DNA of 64,000 nt from Eledone cirrhosa (GCA_964016885.1 OZ024746.1:87420001-87484000); one strand, 5' to 3'; positions 28,113-42,726 are shown, counted from the stretch's first letter. Program-made: numbers and translations. The notes: generated by a model from the sequence alone, not told the origin.

Positions 28113-29330
28113 TAAAAGAGAAAACACAGGTGAGCATTAAGAGAAGGATTTCATCCAGGTATTTACGACCGTTTCATTGGTAAGTGCAACATTATATTGC
28201 TATACTGCAAATAGCAATGAAACATTCCCAGCATCGTTATGTAACTACCCTTGCAAACAAGACCTGGCAACTAAGAGAAAGTAACCATCAATACACCCTG
28301 AAGTGGAAAAAATTATCGAACGCGTCCCCATATCGGAGTGGTGTGAGAAGCTGTCGATTATGCGACCTTGAGCTGTTCCATATATTGAGTTCTAAGAATA
28401 AGTTACTCAACAATAAAATCGAAAGATCAATGTATTGTAACCATAGACTACAAATCGAACCCTTAACCTCTTACTACCAACAGAAAAAGTCCATATACTT
28501 AAACTTTATATCCTCTTGTTGTATCTAAACCCTTTTAATTACCCACAAAACCAATACATATATCCCCCTCTTCTCCCACATTCCTCTTCTATTTCTTCGT
28601 TTTCTTCCTTCCCTCCCTCACCTTATTGGCTATCTTTTCTTTTCTGCTTTCTCACCCCCTTCTTTGCTTTTATTTTTGTCATTATTATCTTTATCTTCAT
28701 TTTATATATATATATTTATATATTTATCTCTTTATATCCCCCCCCCCCTCTCTTTCTCCCTCTCTATCCCTCCCTCCCACTATGATCAATTTAATTCTCT
28801 TTAACTGACTACATTCCACGACATGAAGTCTGCTTTCATAACTGACCAAGGAATCCTTCCACCTCTACTCTCCCTCCATCTCAGTTTGTCACTCTACTTC
28901 CTACCTCAACCCCCTTCCTCTCTCTCTATACTATTCCGTTTGTCCCCTCACCTTCTGATTCCACTCTCTCTATACTAGTAAATACAATTCCAAATAAATG
29001 TTTTTTCTATATATTAAGAATTATTTCATGGGTAACTTACTCACTATTTTGAAAATTTGGACTGTGACCAACAATTATAATTGAGTGGCTGCTATTTGCA
29101 GTATATCAATATAAGGCTGCACTTACCAATGAAATGGTCGTAAATACCTGGATAAAATCCTTCTCTTAATGCTTACCTGTGTTTTCTCTTTTATACTTTA
29201 TACTCCAAGATTGAACGGAATTCTTACAAACTTGTGGAGTTACATCTAACCATACGTTGAAACCATCCATGAAACTCGCTTTTTTAACCAAGAACTGGAT
29301 CACAATAAGCAATGTTTTGCTTCTCTAACT
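28109..29330 (+). mobile_element. 5'-truncated Hydra-clade PLE with inverted 5' arm
   Basis: TTLANKTWQL...LKWK...PYRSGVRSCRLCDLE...LLNNK...CNHR (GIY-YIG C-terminus with CxxC..C.H); 28110-28216 is the inverse of 29089-29196. Confidence 0.85.
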
Positions 29331-29352
29331 ATATATATATATATATATATAT

Positions 29353-29782
29353 AATGTAGGAGGTGAGATTTATTGTAGTACAATAAAGCAATGCAGATAT
29401 CGGATAAGAAGCACATTACAGTTTGTAGGACTGGAGTATACATAATATATAAGATCAAAAGATGGTTAAAGGAGTTCCATGTATTTTATTATGCGCATTT
29501 CAAATCAAACATCATCATGCAATAATATTTGTGTTTTCATCAGATAAAACAGGTGGACATGATATGAAGGCTAAAAAACATTTGTGGATAGTGCAGTTTT
29601 AAATCAACATATCATATGTTGATTTAAAACTGCACTATCCACAACTGTTTTTTAGCCTTCATATCATGTCCTCCTGTTTTATCTGATGAAAACACAAATA
29701 TTATTGCATGATGATGTTTGTTTTTGAAATGCGCATAATAAAATACATGGAACTCCTTTAACCATCTTTTGATCTTATATAT
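29353..29782. mobile_element. Fold-back family E element with HHR in both arms (29482-29551 minus; 29675-29745 plus)
   Basis: TGTTTTAT-CTGATGA-...CAAATATTATT/GATGATGTTTG...-GAAA-TGCGCA-TA-ATAAAATA; centre ~29613. Confidence 0.8.
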
Positions 29783-29810
29783 TATATATATATATAGATA
29801 TATATATATA

Positions 29811-30284
29811 TTGGTAAACGGAATAGAAAATGCTGACAAATTGTTCACAGTTGAAAATGGTTTAATTAGGAATAAAAGAGTATTAGTGATTGTATGGGTT
29901 AGTATTCAGTTGTGGTTTTAAGTGTTTAAGTTTTTACCGGTTGCGCATTTCTAAATGCTTTTCAAAAATAATTTTGAGATAGAGTGTCCGTGCTGTTTGC
30001 TCTGATCTGATTAGTTTTGGGAATTCTACCTGTTTTTATGTTAAAAAAGTGGCTCCAGCGTTACTTTGGTGTTGCAAAAATTCTTGTGGTCAAAACAATT
30101 TTGATTGGTCGGTAGAGGTCATGTGAATGTAAAAAATTGATTTTGCGCCAAGACTGTTTTTATGTTAAAAAAGTGGCTCCAGCAAAAATTCTTGTGGTCA
30201 AAACAATTTTGATTGGTCGGTAGAGGTCATGTGAATAAAAAATTGGTTTTGCGCCAAGATTGAGAAATGACTCTTTCACAACAA

Positions 30285-30338
<54 letters not shown>

Positions 30339-30571
30339 TAGTAGTAGTAGTAGTAGTAAGGTGTTCGATGTTGTGATAATGGTTAGCAGCGATGTGTGTC
30401 AAATGGCTATTAAGATAAGTGTGTGTGTGTGTGTGTATATATGTGTGTGTGTGTGTATAGCAGAGTAATTCGTGGTGGCAGGGATGGTCAGTAAGAATGT
30501 GTCTGAAAGCAATGGGGTATTTTAGCATGTCAGAAGATATTTTTCAGCTTTTGTCTTATACGGAGAAGTGC

Positions 30572-30604
<33 letters not shown>

Positions 30605-30646
30605 AGTCTCTTTGTATGTTGATGTACGCGTGTGTATGTGTGTGTG

Positions 30647-30692
<46 letters not shown>

Positions 30693-30783
30693 GACCAGAT
30701 TGTTGATGTTCTATTAAGAGAAACGATTTTACTGAAAAAATCGAATAATGTACACCATTTTACCAGGGGGAAAAAATACTGGT

Positions 30784-30834
<51 letters not shown>

Positions 30835-30876
30835 CACACACACATACACACGCGTACATCAACATACAAAGAGACT

Positions 30877-30917
<41 letters not shown>

Positions 30918-31027
30918 TTCTCCGTATAAGACAAAAGCTGAAAAATATCTTTTGACATGCTAAAATACCCCCCATTGCTTTCAGACCCATTCTTACTGAC
31001 CATCCCTGCCACCACGAATTACTCTGC

Positions 31028-31102
<75 letters not shown>

Positions 31103-31181
31103 ATCTTGATAGCCATTTGACACACATCGCTGCTAACCATTATCACAACATCGAACACCTTACTACTACTACTACTACTAC

Positions 31182-31264
<83 letters not shown>

Positions 31265-31472
31265 ACACACATATTTGTTGTGAAAGAGTCATTTTTCAAT
31301 CTTGGCGCAAAACCAATTTTTTATTCACATGACCTCTACCGACCAATCAAAATTGTTTTGACCACAAGAATTTTTGCTGGAGCCACTTTTTTAACATAAA
31401 AACAGTCTTGGCGCAAAATCATTTGTTTACATTCACATGACCTCTACCGACCAATCAAATTTGTTTTGACCA
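29811..31472. mobile_element. Large fold-back (arms ~630-700 bp, centre ~30740) with U3-A8 HHR-like motif in tail (29931-29968 minus)
   Basis: 30085-30700 is the reverse complement of 30779-31472, including microsatellite blocks; TTGAAAA-GCATTT(AG)AAATGC-GCAA-CCGG-TA. Confidence 0.75.
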
Positions 31473-31664
31473 TATATATATATATAAAAACATGAGAACA
31501 AAGAAGAATACTGTGTGGTTGCACATGGGTTACATATGATAAAATCAGTCCCTCGTCAATGATTTGCCAACCATCATTGATATTTCATCGCATATATATA
31601 TATATATTCTCTTTTACTCTTTTACCTGTTTCAGCCATCCGGCCGAGGCCATGCTGGGGCATCG

Positions 31665-31740
<76 letters not shown>

Positions 31741-31789
31741 TAATAAAAATAATGAATAAACAAAGAAACAGTTCCTTATATTAAAAAAT

Positions 31790-31927
31790 TCATCATTTTA
31801 CGATCGTTTCTAGGATATATATTTTAGTGTTGGTATGCAAATCATATAGATCTATGTACAATTTTTACAAAGTATCATAAGGAATATACATACCTACACA
31901 TATATATGCTGTCTTCAGAAATAATGA
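31790..31927 (-). ncRNA. Type I hammerhead ribozyme with long stem II, in Hydra PLE 3' end
   Basis: TCATTATTT-CTGAAGA-...-GAAA-CGATCG-TA-AAATGATGA (9-bp stem I with one G-U). Confidence 0.75.
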
Positions 31928-32372
31928 TATTTGTTTATTGAAAAAACCAACAAAGAATTAATACAATAGGTCTGTTTGGGAACAGGTTTTGAATTGACCA
32001 ATAGAAAGATAGTGAAGGTCTAGATGGTAAAATAGTAGTAATAGAACCTTAATTTAGGGGTAGAGGAAGGTAGATTTCGGTTTTGGATGGAAAGAATATT
32101 ATGAATAAAAGATTATTTTTGGTATGAAAATAGGTCATATGCTGTCTTCAGAAATAATTATATTTGTTCATTGAACAAAACCAACAAAGATTTAATATAA
32201 TAGGTCTGTTTGGGAACACGTTTTGAATTGACCAACAGAAAGGTAATAACTGGCTAAATGGTAAAATACTAGTAATGGAACTTAATTTAGGGGTAGAAGA
32301 AGGCAGATTTCAGTTTTGAATGGAAGGACTTTGATGAATTAAAAGGTTATTTTAGGGGTGAAAATAGGTCAG
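31905..32372. repeat. ~235-bp tandem duplication in PLE 3'UTR
   Basis: ATATGCTGTCTTCAGAAATAAT...AAATAGGTCA occurs twice. Confidence 0.8.
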
Positions 32373-34310
32373 GTCGGTAAAAGATACACGAAAAATTGCT
32401 GTTATAAAAGAATAATGCCAATGTAAATATCTAAGGAGACTAAAATTTTACGATAAAAGTGTTAGTAAAAAAAAATATGTATATATGGAATTTACATCTA
32501 TGAAAAGAAAATAAATTAATTAAATTGATAGGTATATTTATATTGATAAAATTGTATTAATGGTATGATAAATAAGAGTTAGATATAATTGAAGAGTACT
32601 ATTAAAAACGAGGGGAAATAATAAAAAAATATAATTATTGGTGGGGGGGGGGGTTAAATTTATTTGTGAGAAATAACAAATATATAGAGATTACAAGGAA
32701 CATAGAATCATAACCTGAAATTAAAACAGTATATATGTATACTTAATGGTATCAATTTTAGGAAAAGATAGTTGTAAAAGGGAAATAAAATTATGTAGTT
32801 CATTAGTAGTAGAATATTAATTATAGGTTAACTAAATTTAAAAAAATGTTATTATAATAATTTCTAAAGTGTATATTAATTAGTTTTATAATATTGAAAG
32901 GTTTTTCTCAGTTTATGATTACACGATATTATTAATTCCTGTCGCTTATTTAATAGGATATCCTTAGATTTCATTATTTCAAAAAGTTCTGTGGAACACA
33001 ATCTACATTCATATCTATTATTTTGATAAGGGGTGGCCCTTTTGATCACACTCCAGGTCAGGTCATAATCTATATTCCTCTTTCTATAATTATTAATTAT
33101 TTCAGCTAAAGATGTTGTATTAGCTAATGCGGCATTTTTAAAACTGTGTTTGTGGGTATTAAATCTTACTTTAAATTGGTTAGAGTTAGCTCCTATATAT
33201 GAACAAATTGAGTCCTTAGTGTTAACTTTACATTTATATACTATGTTATTAACAAGGCAATTTCCTTTTAATGGGCAATTTGCTTTGTTTCTACAGTTAC
33301 AACTTTTCGTGAATCCTGTATCAGAGGAGATATTATGGTTAGTTTGATGTATTGGTGGTATACTCATGGTTTTTTTTACATTTATATGCATTATAGGCAC
33401 TTATATTTTGTTTTATGTTTTTGGTTGTTGAGTAGGAGAATTTAACCGTTGATCTATTTAAAATTTGATGGTATTTGTGGTTTGGCGGGAAGTTCTTCTC
33501 TAGGATAGTAAAACATTTTTTAGGTATATTATCTTTAATTTGTATATTAAATGGAGCATTATACCAAGTAACTCGTCTATTACGGTTTCGATGTTGTTTA
33601 TTATTTTTATAGGATGTATCCTGATGTTTATTAAGAGAATTATTGTTAATGACTTCACCACACACATGTTTAGTTAGATTCATTGATTTAGGTGTTTTAG
33701 CTTGTTTATTAGGAGTATTATTATTAACATTCATTAAAGTAGTAGGATGAATATTTTTTTTGAGAATTACTATATTGTATATTAGAAGAGTTAGATAAAT
33801 TTTGTTTTATGTTGGTATTTTGGGGTATAGTGTGAGTGGCATTTAGGTGTGTATGTTTCATTTGGTGTTTGTTGGTAATATTAGGTTGTATGTTTGTAGT
33901 GTTATTGGTACAAGGTATATATACTAATTTATTTTTGTGGCCACTTCTAGCTAAAGCTTCGTTATAAAAGGTCGCATTTTTATCAAATACATCCTGGTTA
34001 GACGAAAGGTTAGAAATTCTGAGTGAGATATTATATGCTAGGTTTTTAAGGATAGATTTAGGGTGATTAGATTGTGAGTGTATGTAATGTAAGTTTTGGT
34101 TAGGTTTATGGTAAGGTTGGTAGATAAAGTCTAATGTTATATCAAGGAAATTAACTACTTTACTTGTGTTTTCAAATGTAATATCTAGACTATAGTAGTC
34201 TTTGAGGACAGTTCTAATAAGTTTTTTTTTTTTTTTCAATCTCTGAAAGGCTAAGGTTACTGGAAAGAAGAAGACAGTCGTCACGATATATTTATCACGA
34301 ATGATTTATC

Positions 34311-34362
<52 letters not shown>

Positions 34363-34423
34363 TATAAACGTGGGAAAGTAATAAATCGGAGAATAGACCG
34401 TTAAAACATGTTTATTTAAAGCA

Positions 34424-34465
34424 GCATCTACGTACGTTTCGCCCAGTTGGGCTTCTCAAGGGCAT
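34424..34465 (-). ncRNA. Minimal hammerhead, U3-A8 variant, stem I damaged
   Basis: TTGAGAA-GCCC(AACT)GGGC-GAAA-CGTACG-TA. Confidence 0.55.
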
Positions 34466-34695
34466 AAATAATCAAAAGTGTTCTTTACATTGCCCGGAAA
34501 GAGTTTTGGGGGTTAAATCCACGTCAAGGTTCATTGCTCGCAACAATAGCTTGCTTTGACTTTGCAGCAGGTCAAGGGAGGTAACTCTGGCCGGTGTTAG
34601 GGCATTCTTTTCCGGACAAATTTTTTTTTATCTACTACGAGATGAGGTCACAACCTTACCATATATATATATATATATATAAATGTATATATAAA

Positions 34696-34749
<54 letters not shown>

Positions 34750-34764
34750 TATATATTTATATAC

Positions 34765-34853
<89 letters not shown>

Positions 34854-34856
<3 letters not shown>

Positions 34857-35992
34857 AATATTGAGTTATAAACTCGAAATGCTATTTTACAATTAAATAG
34901 CTCGAAGAAGGGAATATTTATGAGCCGTGCAATACAAATAAATATTAGAGGGATGAACATCTATACAATTATAGAAGTGTTCGGATTGCAAATGACCAAG
35001 TTAGCTAGGTTGAAAAAGTACTAATTTAACGTAATATGGTTTGCCTGTCCCGTTTTAAAATAATAAATAAAAAAGAATAACAAACCTATATTGGCAATGG
35101 CCGTGATACCTGAAAATTTGTTTAGCAACAATTAAATGAAAGTTACTATTCCTGTGCTCTTCTGCAGCTATCCATAAATTGGTACCTTCCATTTTAAAAT
35201 TCTTAAGGAGACTGAGAAACATGTGCTGTTGAACGCACGTGTGTCCCAGCGCCTAACTCGTCTCATATCCGCGCCGCTAAAAATAGCAGTCGGTTTTATG
35301 GGACTAACAATTTAGCTCAATGCATGGAGCCGTGAATATCAAATATTGAGATATAAACTCGAAATAATCTTTTACAATTAAATAGCTCGAAGAAGGTAAT
35401 ACTTCTGAGCCGTGTAATACAAATGAATATATGAGGGATGAACATCTCTACAATTATAGAAGTGTTCGGATTGCAAATGACCAAGTTAGCTAGGTTGAAC
35501 AAGTACTAATTTAACGTAATATGGTTTGCCTGTCTCGATTTCAATTAATAAATCAATAAAAATAGCAAACCCATATTGGTCAATGGCCCTGATACCTGGA
35601 CAAACTTTAAATCTGTTTGACAAATTTTAAAATTTGTTTCGCAACAATTAAGTGAAAGTTACTATTCCTCTGTTCTTCTGCAGGTATCCAAAAATTGGTA
35701 CCTTTCACCTAAAAATACTTAAGAAGACTGGAAACATGTGCTGCTGAACGCACGTGTGTCCCAGCGCATAACTCGTCTCATATCCGTGCCGCTAAAAATA
35801 CAGTCAGTTTTATGGGATTAAAAAATTAGCTCAAGGCATGGAACCGTGAATAATTGTATAAATCTTCATCCCTTCTATAATTGTATATATGTTCATCCCT
35901 CATATATTCATTTGTGTTACACGGCTCAGAAATATTACCTTTTTCGAGCTATTTAATTGTAAAAGACTATTTCGAGTTTATAACTCAATATT
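34854..35992. repeat. ~485-bp tandem unit x2 plus inverted partial third copy
   Basis: TCAAATATTGAG.TATAAACTCGAAAT at 34854 and 35339; reverse complement at ~35880-35992. Confidence 0.8.
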
Positions 35993-36059
35993 GTGTTTTG
36001 TTTACGGCTCAATTATATTCATATCATGTCAATGATTTATCATCCCATTGTGAGATTTC

Positions 36060-36400
36060 GTTTATTGAATATGTTTGTTTTTACATTTCAATTAAAAATG
36101 AATTGTTTATCAACCTAATTGTTTTAGACAATCAAAAACGAAGATTTAAATATTCTCCGTGTCTCGCTGAATTATTAAGAAAGTTATACAACTTTGCGTC
36201 TGAAGTGACAGTAGCCTTGGCAGTTATCAATGAGAGTCATAGCAGCAGTGAGGCAAAAACTGACGTTTGTTTCAAGCGTTTGTTTCTCCGAGTGAAAAGG
36301 CAATATTTTACGAAGATTGTTTTCCAGGTGAATATGGTAATGCCTATGAATATGTGCATGTAATTTGACAGCATGGATGATGCTTCAGTGTCAAACAACG
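36060..36400 (-). pseudogene. Possible decayed GPCR relic (TM1-TM3)
   Basis: YMHIFIGITIFTWKTIFVKYCLFTRRNKRLKQTSVFASLLL*LSL in one frame. Confidence 0.3.
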
Positions 36401-36759
36401 TGAGCGAAAATAGCACACGTATAAAAATAATTCAACCACGCCGATGATAGCATAAAAAACCCAACCAACCATCGAACTATCACTAATGCATGGAGATCAC
36501 CAAAAGAAAAGAGATACAAAATAGAATGCAACGTAAAGTGAAGAATAAGAAAAATTAAGAAATAATCGTGACATTCAAAACGGAAACCGACGGAGAATGT
36601 CGTTCAATATTTGAAAGAAATAAGTTAAACCGACCAGAGACTAGGAGAATAAAGAAATGTCATTAAAAGTTACACATGTATCATCTTTAACCGCTCTTGT
36701 AACCTCAGATAGATCAATCACCACTCTATGATGCATCTCCAGTATACATCCGAAAATTA

Positions 36760-37590
36760 TGTTGTGATCGGGTTTAGATGATCAGCAATGTATACTTTCC
36801 GCCTTTCGAGAACGAGCGCCACTGAAGATAGTACATTCCCAGCCGCATTCCTGACAGCAGGTGTGGATGAGGACTTTCTATTACGTAGACTCTAAATGGT
36901 CTGCCAGAACACTTTTTGCTGGTCTGAAGGAGGATTCCAGATAACACCCAACTTGTGTTATGTCTGAACTTTGGACGCATCTCTCCGCTGTGATTTTTCG
37001 TGCTTGCATGTACCGCAAGTGCAAGGAGGAGGACCTATTTCCAAGCCACGTTTTGTAGGTCTCCTTCTTTCCTCGGATGACACCTTTGACCTCTTAATTG
37101 AACGAAGAGGTCCTCCTGCCATCTGACTCCCAACCAAGCCTCTTTTGCTCACATTATTCAACAGCTGAAGGAGAAATTGCTGAGCTGAACAATCGCCACT
37201 CTGTCCCAACCTTTTCAGTTTTCACAGGTAATGCTCTAAGCTTGGATGCAATAGTATCTACATATCTAGTCCTGACTTCCTTATTCTCCAAGGCTTCCCA
37301 CGTTATCCCATAGGGCGCACTGAAACAGCCAGATTTGTGTGCTCCTTTGGTTTTAGGTAGTGGCAAGTTACTGATAACGTGTTCGTGATCAGTTGACAGC
37401 TCAGCTCCTCTCTTAACACGAACATCCAGCTCAGAAACAAAGAACTCAGAAACAATAACAACATCAATTATTGATGTCTGTCACTGATTACCTTTATATC
37501 ATGTATATTTATGGATGTTTCTCTGCTGGAAGAAGTATGATTGCGATGACAGAAATCTGATAAGGCGTCTCTAATCGCATTTAGATTGGG
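36760..37590 (-). mobile_element. RTE (Expander-like) LINE fragment: endonuclease end and linker
   Basis: SIIDVVIVS...LDVRVKRGAELSTDH; WEAL; EWRLF; KVFWQTI; HLNP. Confidence 0.85.
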
Positions 37591-37879
37591 GTTATTCAAT
37601 ATTAATCATTTATTATTACAATCGGTTTTATAAGGGAAGATTTAATATCAGTCATATCTGTTAACTGCTCATTCAATCAATCTATTTATTATTCATAAAG
37701 AAGTAAACAGCACTATAAAAAAATACATCTACATAATGTAAGTGACATCTAGAGTGAGCTGGGAGTTATAGTGAATACTTCAGACGTTGAAATGTGCACT
37801 GTACTTTATACTCCTAACACATCGATATTTAACTTGCGATACATTAAAGCTGACTTTAATAATGAAACTTCAATTACAC

Positions 37880-39300
37880 TTATATACGCATCTATTTAAG
37901 ATATAGATAACATTAGCAGAAAGCTACTAGACAAGACTGAATCTATCATAAAACAAATCTATACTTCAATTTAAGCGACAACATTAAGGAGGTAAAAATG
38001 AAACGGTTCTTTAAGCTTGTGGACGAATGTGGGAAAAGCTTCATACAGGTTGATATACATAAATCCTTCTATTCTATCTCCCCAAAATTTCTTAACGAAC
38101 TTTTAATTGTAGGGAAAATTTAAAATAACTTAACTTGAGCTGAATCTAACATCCTTTTTGTGCAAGGTAGATTATAATTTAATTGGAGTTGGAACCTTTG
38201 GACGAGGAAAATAAACCTTGGCCACTTTGATATCACTTTGGGATCAATGGATTCTGCTCAGGTCATTGGCTTAGTTAGTATTTTCTTGTAAAGTAATCTA
38301 AAAGTTACCCCCCCTGTATTTAACAAAGGTTTGTACCGTGATGATGCCCACTTCACAATATAGCATTAATAATAACACAGAAAAGTCTAAAACAACTCTT
38401 ACATATGTTTTCTGAAGAGTACAATTTGATGATAAGTATGGATACCAGTAAAACAGTATTTTCTAGAAAACATATTTTCTAGAGGTCAACTTCGATCTAA
38501 CAAATGGGCATTAGAAAACGTTCATAAAACTACTGAACATTTTCTCCATGACAATAATCTCTCTTATAACACCATATCTATATTTAATTACAAATTAATA
38601 AATGCATGAAATAGAATCGTTAGATTTCCTTCTTATATATTTCCTTCTTATCTTTGAACAGAGCGCACAATATTATCATGAAACGTTTGTTGGATGAGGT
38701 TATAATGATAAGATCCAGGTAAACGTGGACATTACTATTAAAAACAGAAATTCTCAGGTAATCTATTATAACATGAATTGAGCTACATCTACCTTTTAAT
38801 GTGAATACTTCACCTAAGATGAATGAACCTAAGTGTAATAGTAAGGAATCGTCGACCACCTTTTGTATTAATACAGGTAATTTTACCCGTAACATATGTA
38901 GTAATATTATGAAGTTACTTGCAAACGCAAGTAGGAGTGCTAACAGTAATAACAACCATAATAATCGAACTAGAAAAAACATTAATTATGGGACACGTAC
39001 GAATAATAATAACAATAAGCATCTCAGCGTTAGGTGTAATAAAACATTTTGATATAAACTTCCACATTTGACACATGTTAGGGATATAAACCCTAAAAGT
39101 CATGAGACATCTAATCCCCTCAAGAATTATAATAGTAAATTATGTGGAAATATTAAGGACATTAGTTTTCAGCCATATAATCTCTGTCAGGCGGTGTTAG
39201 ATAATACTCTACCCCTTGTTAGAATGTCTAATCTTATGTTGTCTGCTACTTAGTGTAATCTAACATATGGCAAATATTAAGCTTCTAATGTAACCTTATT
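37880..39300 (+). mobile_element. Decayed Hydra-clade PLE RT
   Basis: FIQVDI..FYSI; FDITLGSMDSAQVIGLVSIFL; GLYRDDA; FLEVNFDL; followed by Asn-rich stretch. Confidence 0.8.
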
Positions 39301-39799
39301 TTATACAGGCACAACACTTTCCCTAATCCCTATAAGAACCATACGTTACTAAATAAAAACATCATCAAACTATCATTATGAACCATCCCCAATTTAGCTG
39401 ATAATTTAACTTCGAGTTATAACATAAACCTCACTTAATGTTAGAACAGGAGATTAATTTTTTGAATGTAACTGCTTATATAGCCTTCGTTATATGTTAC
39501 TTTATGCTCTCCTGGAGAATAAATAATATTTTATTGATTCGTTTTATTGTGATTGATACAGAGCATAATTTCATTAGGTACCACTTTCATTTAAGTGTAT
39601 CTCTAAACATTGGATATAGCATGTTTTACGTGAGATCTTCCTGATTATTACACCTTGTCAACCTACATTGTGCACTCATAGATAGTTTGCATCTGATACG
39701 CAGAATGAAATATGTGCTATTTTCTATTCTAAAATAGGATAATGGTTATGCCACATTGAATTCAAACGATTTTCATTTATAATTTTGTAACCGGATCTG

Positions 39800-40130
39800 G
39801 AATATTTTCTCTGATATTATTTAGTTATAAGAACTAGATCACCGGCATCAACATGTCATCGTGGGCAGCTAGTTTCAAATCATATTGCCATGAGGATGGA
39901 AGCGGAAACATGGTTGACAGACTCTTCCAAGCTAAACGACATATTATACGCATTTTTTATCCTAACCATGCGGAGTGCCCTTGTGTACACGGCCTATTCG
40001 TTCCACATATACTACAAATCTACCGGTAGTTTTCTAAGATCACACCATATTATGGCGCAGTGGAATATTTCATAAACTTGCTTAATGTCAACAATTGCTA
40101 AGTAGGGGTCGAACATATAGCTAACTAAGT
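39800..40130 (-). pseudogene. Decayed GPCR relic (TM2-TM3), possibly GHSR/ETHR/TRHR-like
   Basis: One frame: YLAIVD...LPVDL...LEESVNHVSASILMAI*FE (cf. LE..V.HAS.LTILAISFER). Confidence 0.45.
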
Positions 40131-40903
40131 CTTGTGCACTTGCTTCAGGAGGAAGTGAGCATTATTGGTTTTGTCTGGTACAATTTCGAATTACATAGTT
40201 TCACTGAATACCTAATCAGTTGTGTTATCTTATATATAATATTGCAAAAGTAAGATATGTTTGACATAATCTGTTACATGCTGTATCTTTCTACAATTAA
40301 CATGTTGAGGACTACAGGGGATTAAGTAATATTTAGTGTGTTTTATCTATATTTGTTATATATAAGTATGTGTATATATGCATACACACACACACAAACA
40401 TACACACACACATACACACACACGCACTCACACACACACATATATATATATATAAAGTTTATCCCGGGTTCAATCGGGGGTAACCAAAGTAAGTAAGGTA
40501 CTCAATACAATCAGTATGAATATATATATATATATATATATATACATACATATATAAGCTTTCGCCGTATATTTCCACTAAATCAATTTTACCCTGATAG
40601 TGGTTATTAAAACCCTCTAAAAAATGGAAAATCGACGTACGTGGCAGTCGAACCCACATCTTTGGTTATCCAGACCACTGTGTTACCTTTACACTAACGT
40701 ATCACCCATGGTCTGGATAACCAAACATGTGGTTTCGAGACCTTTGCACGTCAATACTTGTCTCGCGCAAACCACAAAACCTCCTTCTAACATTTAACTT
40801 TGAAAAGCATAAGAACTATGAAACCGGTAAAGTAAATAAAGGAATATTAAAACGATTTCAGTTGGATCCGTAATGTCTTTTCCTCATATATACATATATA
40901 TAC

Positions 40904-41147
<244 letters not shown>

Positions 41148-41439
41148 ATATATTTATATATACATACATACAGGAAGAGAGAGAGGTGTGTGAGTGTGTA
41201 TACGTACATACACAGGTGCATGAACCTTGATACGAAAAGTCACATTTATGGAGTGGGAGACTACGCTCTATAATTAAAGTACCCTTTCGAACAGTAATGC
41301 CAACATTCCCCACGTTGTTAAATAACTCGATATTCCTCTGATGATTTTCATTGATGATACACTATATTCAAAGTCGCAGAGATATATATCTGAAAATTTA
41401 ACTAATTTCACAAGAATTTGCTACAAACAATATGGTGAG

Positions 41440-41750
41440 GCACGTCAACAGCGAAATAAGCAATACTAGTGAAGAATCGAAAAAGCAACAACAAGGAAAG
41501 GTATACAATATTAACAGAGTTGACGAGGTTTAACATTAATCCAAACTGCATCATATCACAGCAGGAACATCTACGAACAACCAAGCTTAGAAGCCCATAC
41601 AGAGAGAATATTTGTCTACACATGGCAAAATATATCATTTGGGACTTGCATATATAACTAAATATTTCAGTACAAATCTTAAGAAACTGGTCTTCACAGA
41701 ACCAGAAAGAGCACGGGTAGTTAGAAAGTTGTAAGCACAGGCCACTAATG
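41440..41750 (-). pseudogene. Possible decayed GPCR relic (TM2-TM4)
   Basis: SISGLCLQLSNYP...ICKSQMIYF...FSLYGLLSLVVRRC in ORF 41408-41788. Confidence 0.35.
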
Positions 41751-41769
41751 GAAATGTATATAAATATAT

Positions 41770-42258
41770 TTGTCTCTACATTGGGCACAAGATCAGCAAT
41801 TATCCCAGTGCATTACTCGTACTTTATTTTATAGACCCCGTAAGGATAAAAGGTAATGTTACCCTCGGCGGGATCTGAACTCAGACAACAAATGGACGTA
41901 ACTCCATGACATAATGCATAGCGTCATACACTGTAAATATATATAATTGTTTCTACTTTTGGCAGAAGGCAAGCAATTATCCAGTACATTACTGTTACTT
42001 TATTTTATCGAACCCGTAAGGATGAAAGGCAAAGTTAACCTCGGCGGGATTTGAACTCAGAATGTCAAGAACCGTAACTCTATGCGTCAAAGCATGGCGT
42101 CCGACCCTCTACCGATACTGCCAATCCACCGCCTTAATATATAATTGTTTCTACTTTAGGCACAAGGCCAGCAATTACCCAGTGCATTACTGGTACTTTA
42201 TTTTATCTACCCCGTAAGGATGAAAGGCAAAGTCAACCTCGGCGGGATTTGAACTCAG
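41770..42258 (-). mobile_element. Three tandem SINE copies
   Basis: Repeated TTTATTTTAT.GA.CCCGTAAGGAT.AAAGG...CCTCGGCGGGAT.TGAACTCAG. Confidence 0.85.
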
Positions 42259-42564
42259 TATATATAATATATAATGCAAGAAATTCAGCATGTAATAACT
42301 GCAAATACGTATTTATAGATATAGAAATATATGCAGGTGCGCCCCTATAACTCAAAACATAGAGATCCACACATGTAATAACATCCATATCTACACACAA
42401 GTATTCACAAACACACATTGGAATACACATGGGGTTACATACCTGGTGGTGTTTTACTTCCAGTGATATAGATTTGCTTCTAAGCTAAAAACAAACACTT
42501 TATTGGTAAACATCTATAAAATAATAAAACCACACATACATGTATATGTGTGATTCTAACATGT

Positions 42565-42633
<69 letters not shown>

Positions 42634-42636
42634 TGT

Positions 42637-42726
<90 letters not shown>

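Larger units (their letters stand above)
31740..34270 (-). mobile_element. 5'-truncated Hydra-clade Penelope-like element (RT end, thumb, GIY-YIG, ~1-kb 3'UTR, HHR)
   Basis: VVNFLDITLD..YQPYHKPN..YIHSQSNHP; RNRRVTWYNAPF; CNCRNKANCPLKGNC; IVY...SYIG; FKVRFNTHKHSF; CRLCSTE..LLNKRQELIISCNH. Confidence 0.9.

Noticed and set aside
35881-36363. 160-aa plus-strand ORF as a real gene
   Set aside because: It starts inside an inverted repeat copy, has no recognisable domain, and is more likely the antisense shadow of a minus-strand relic.
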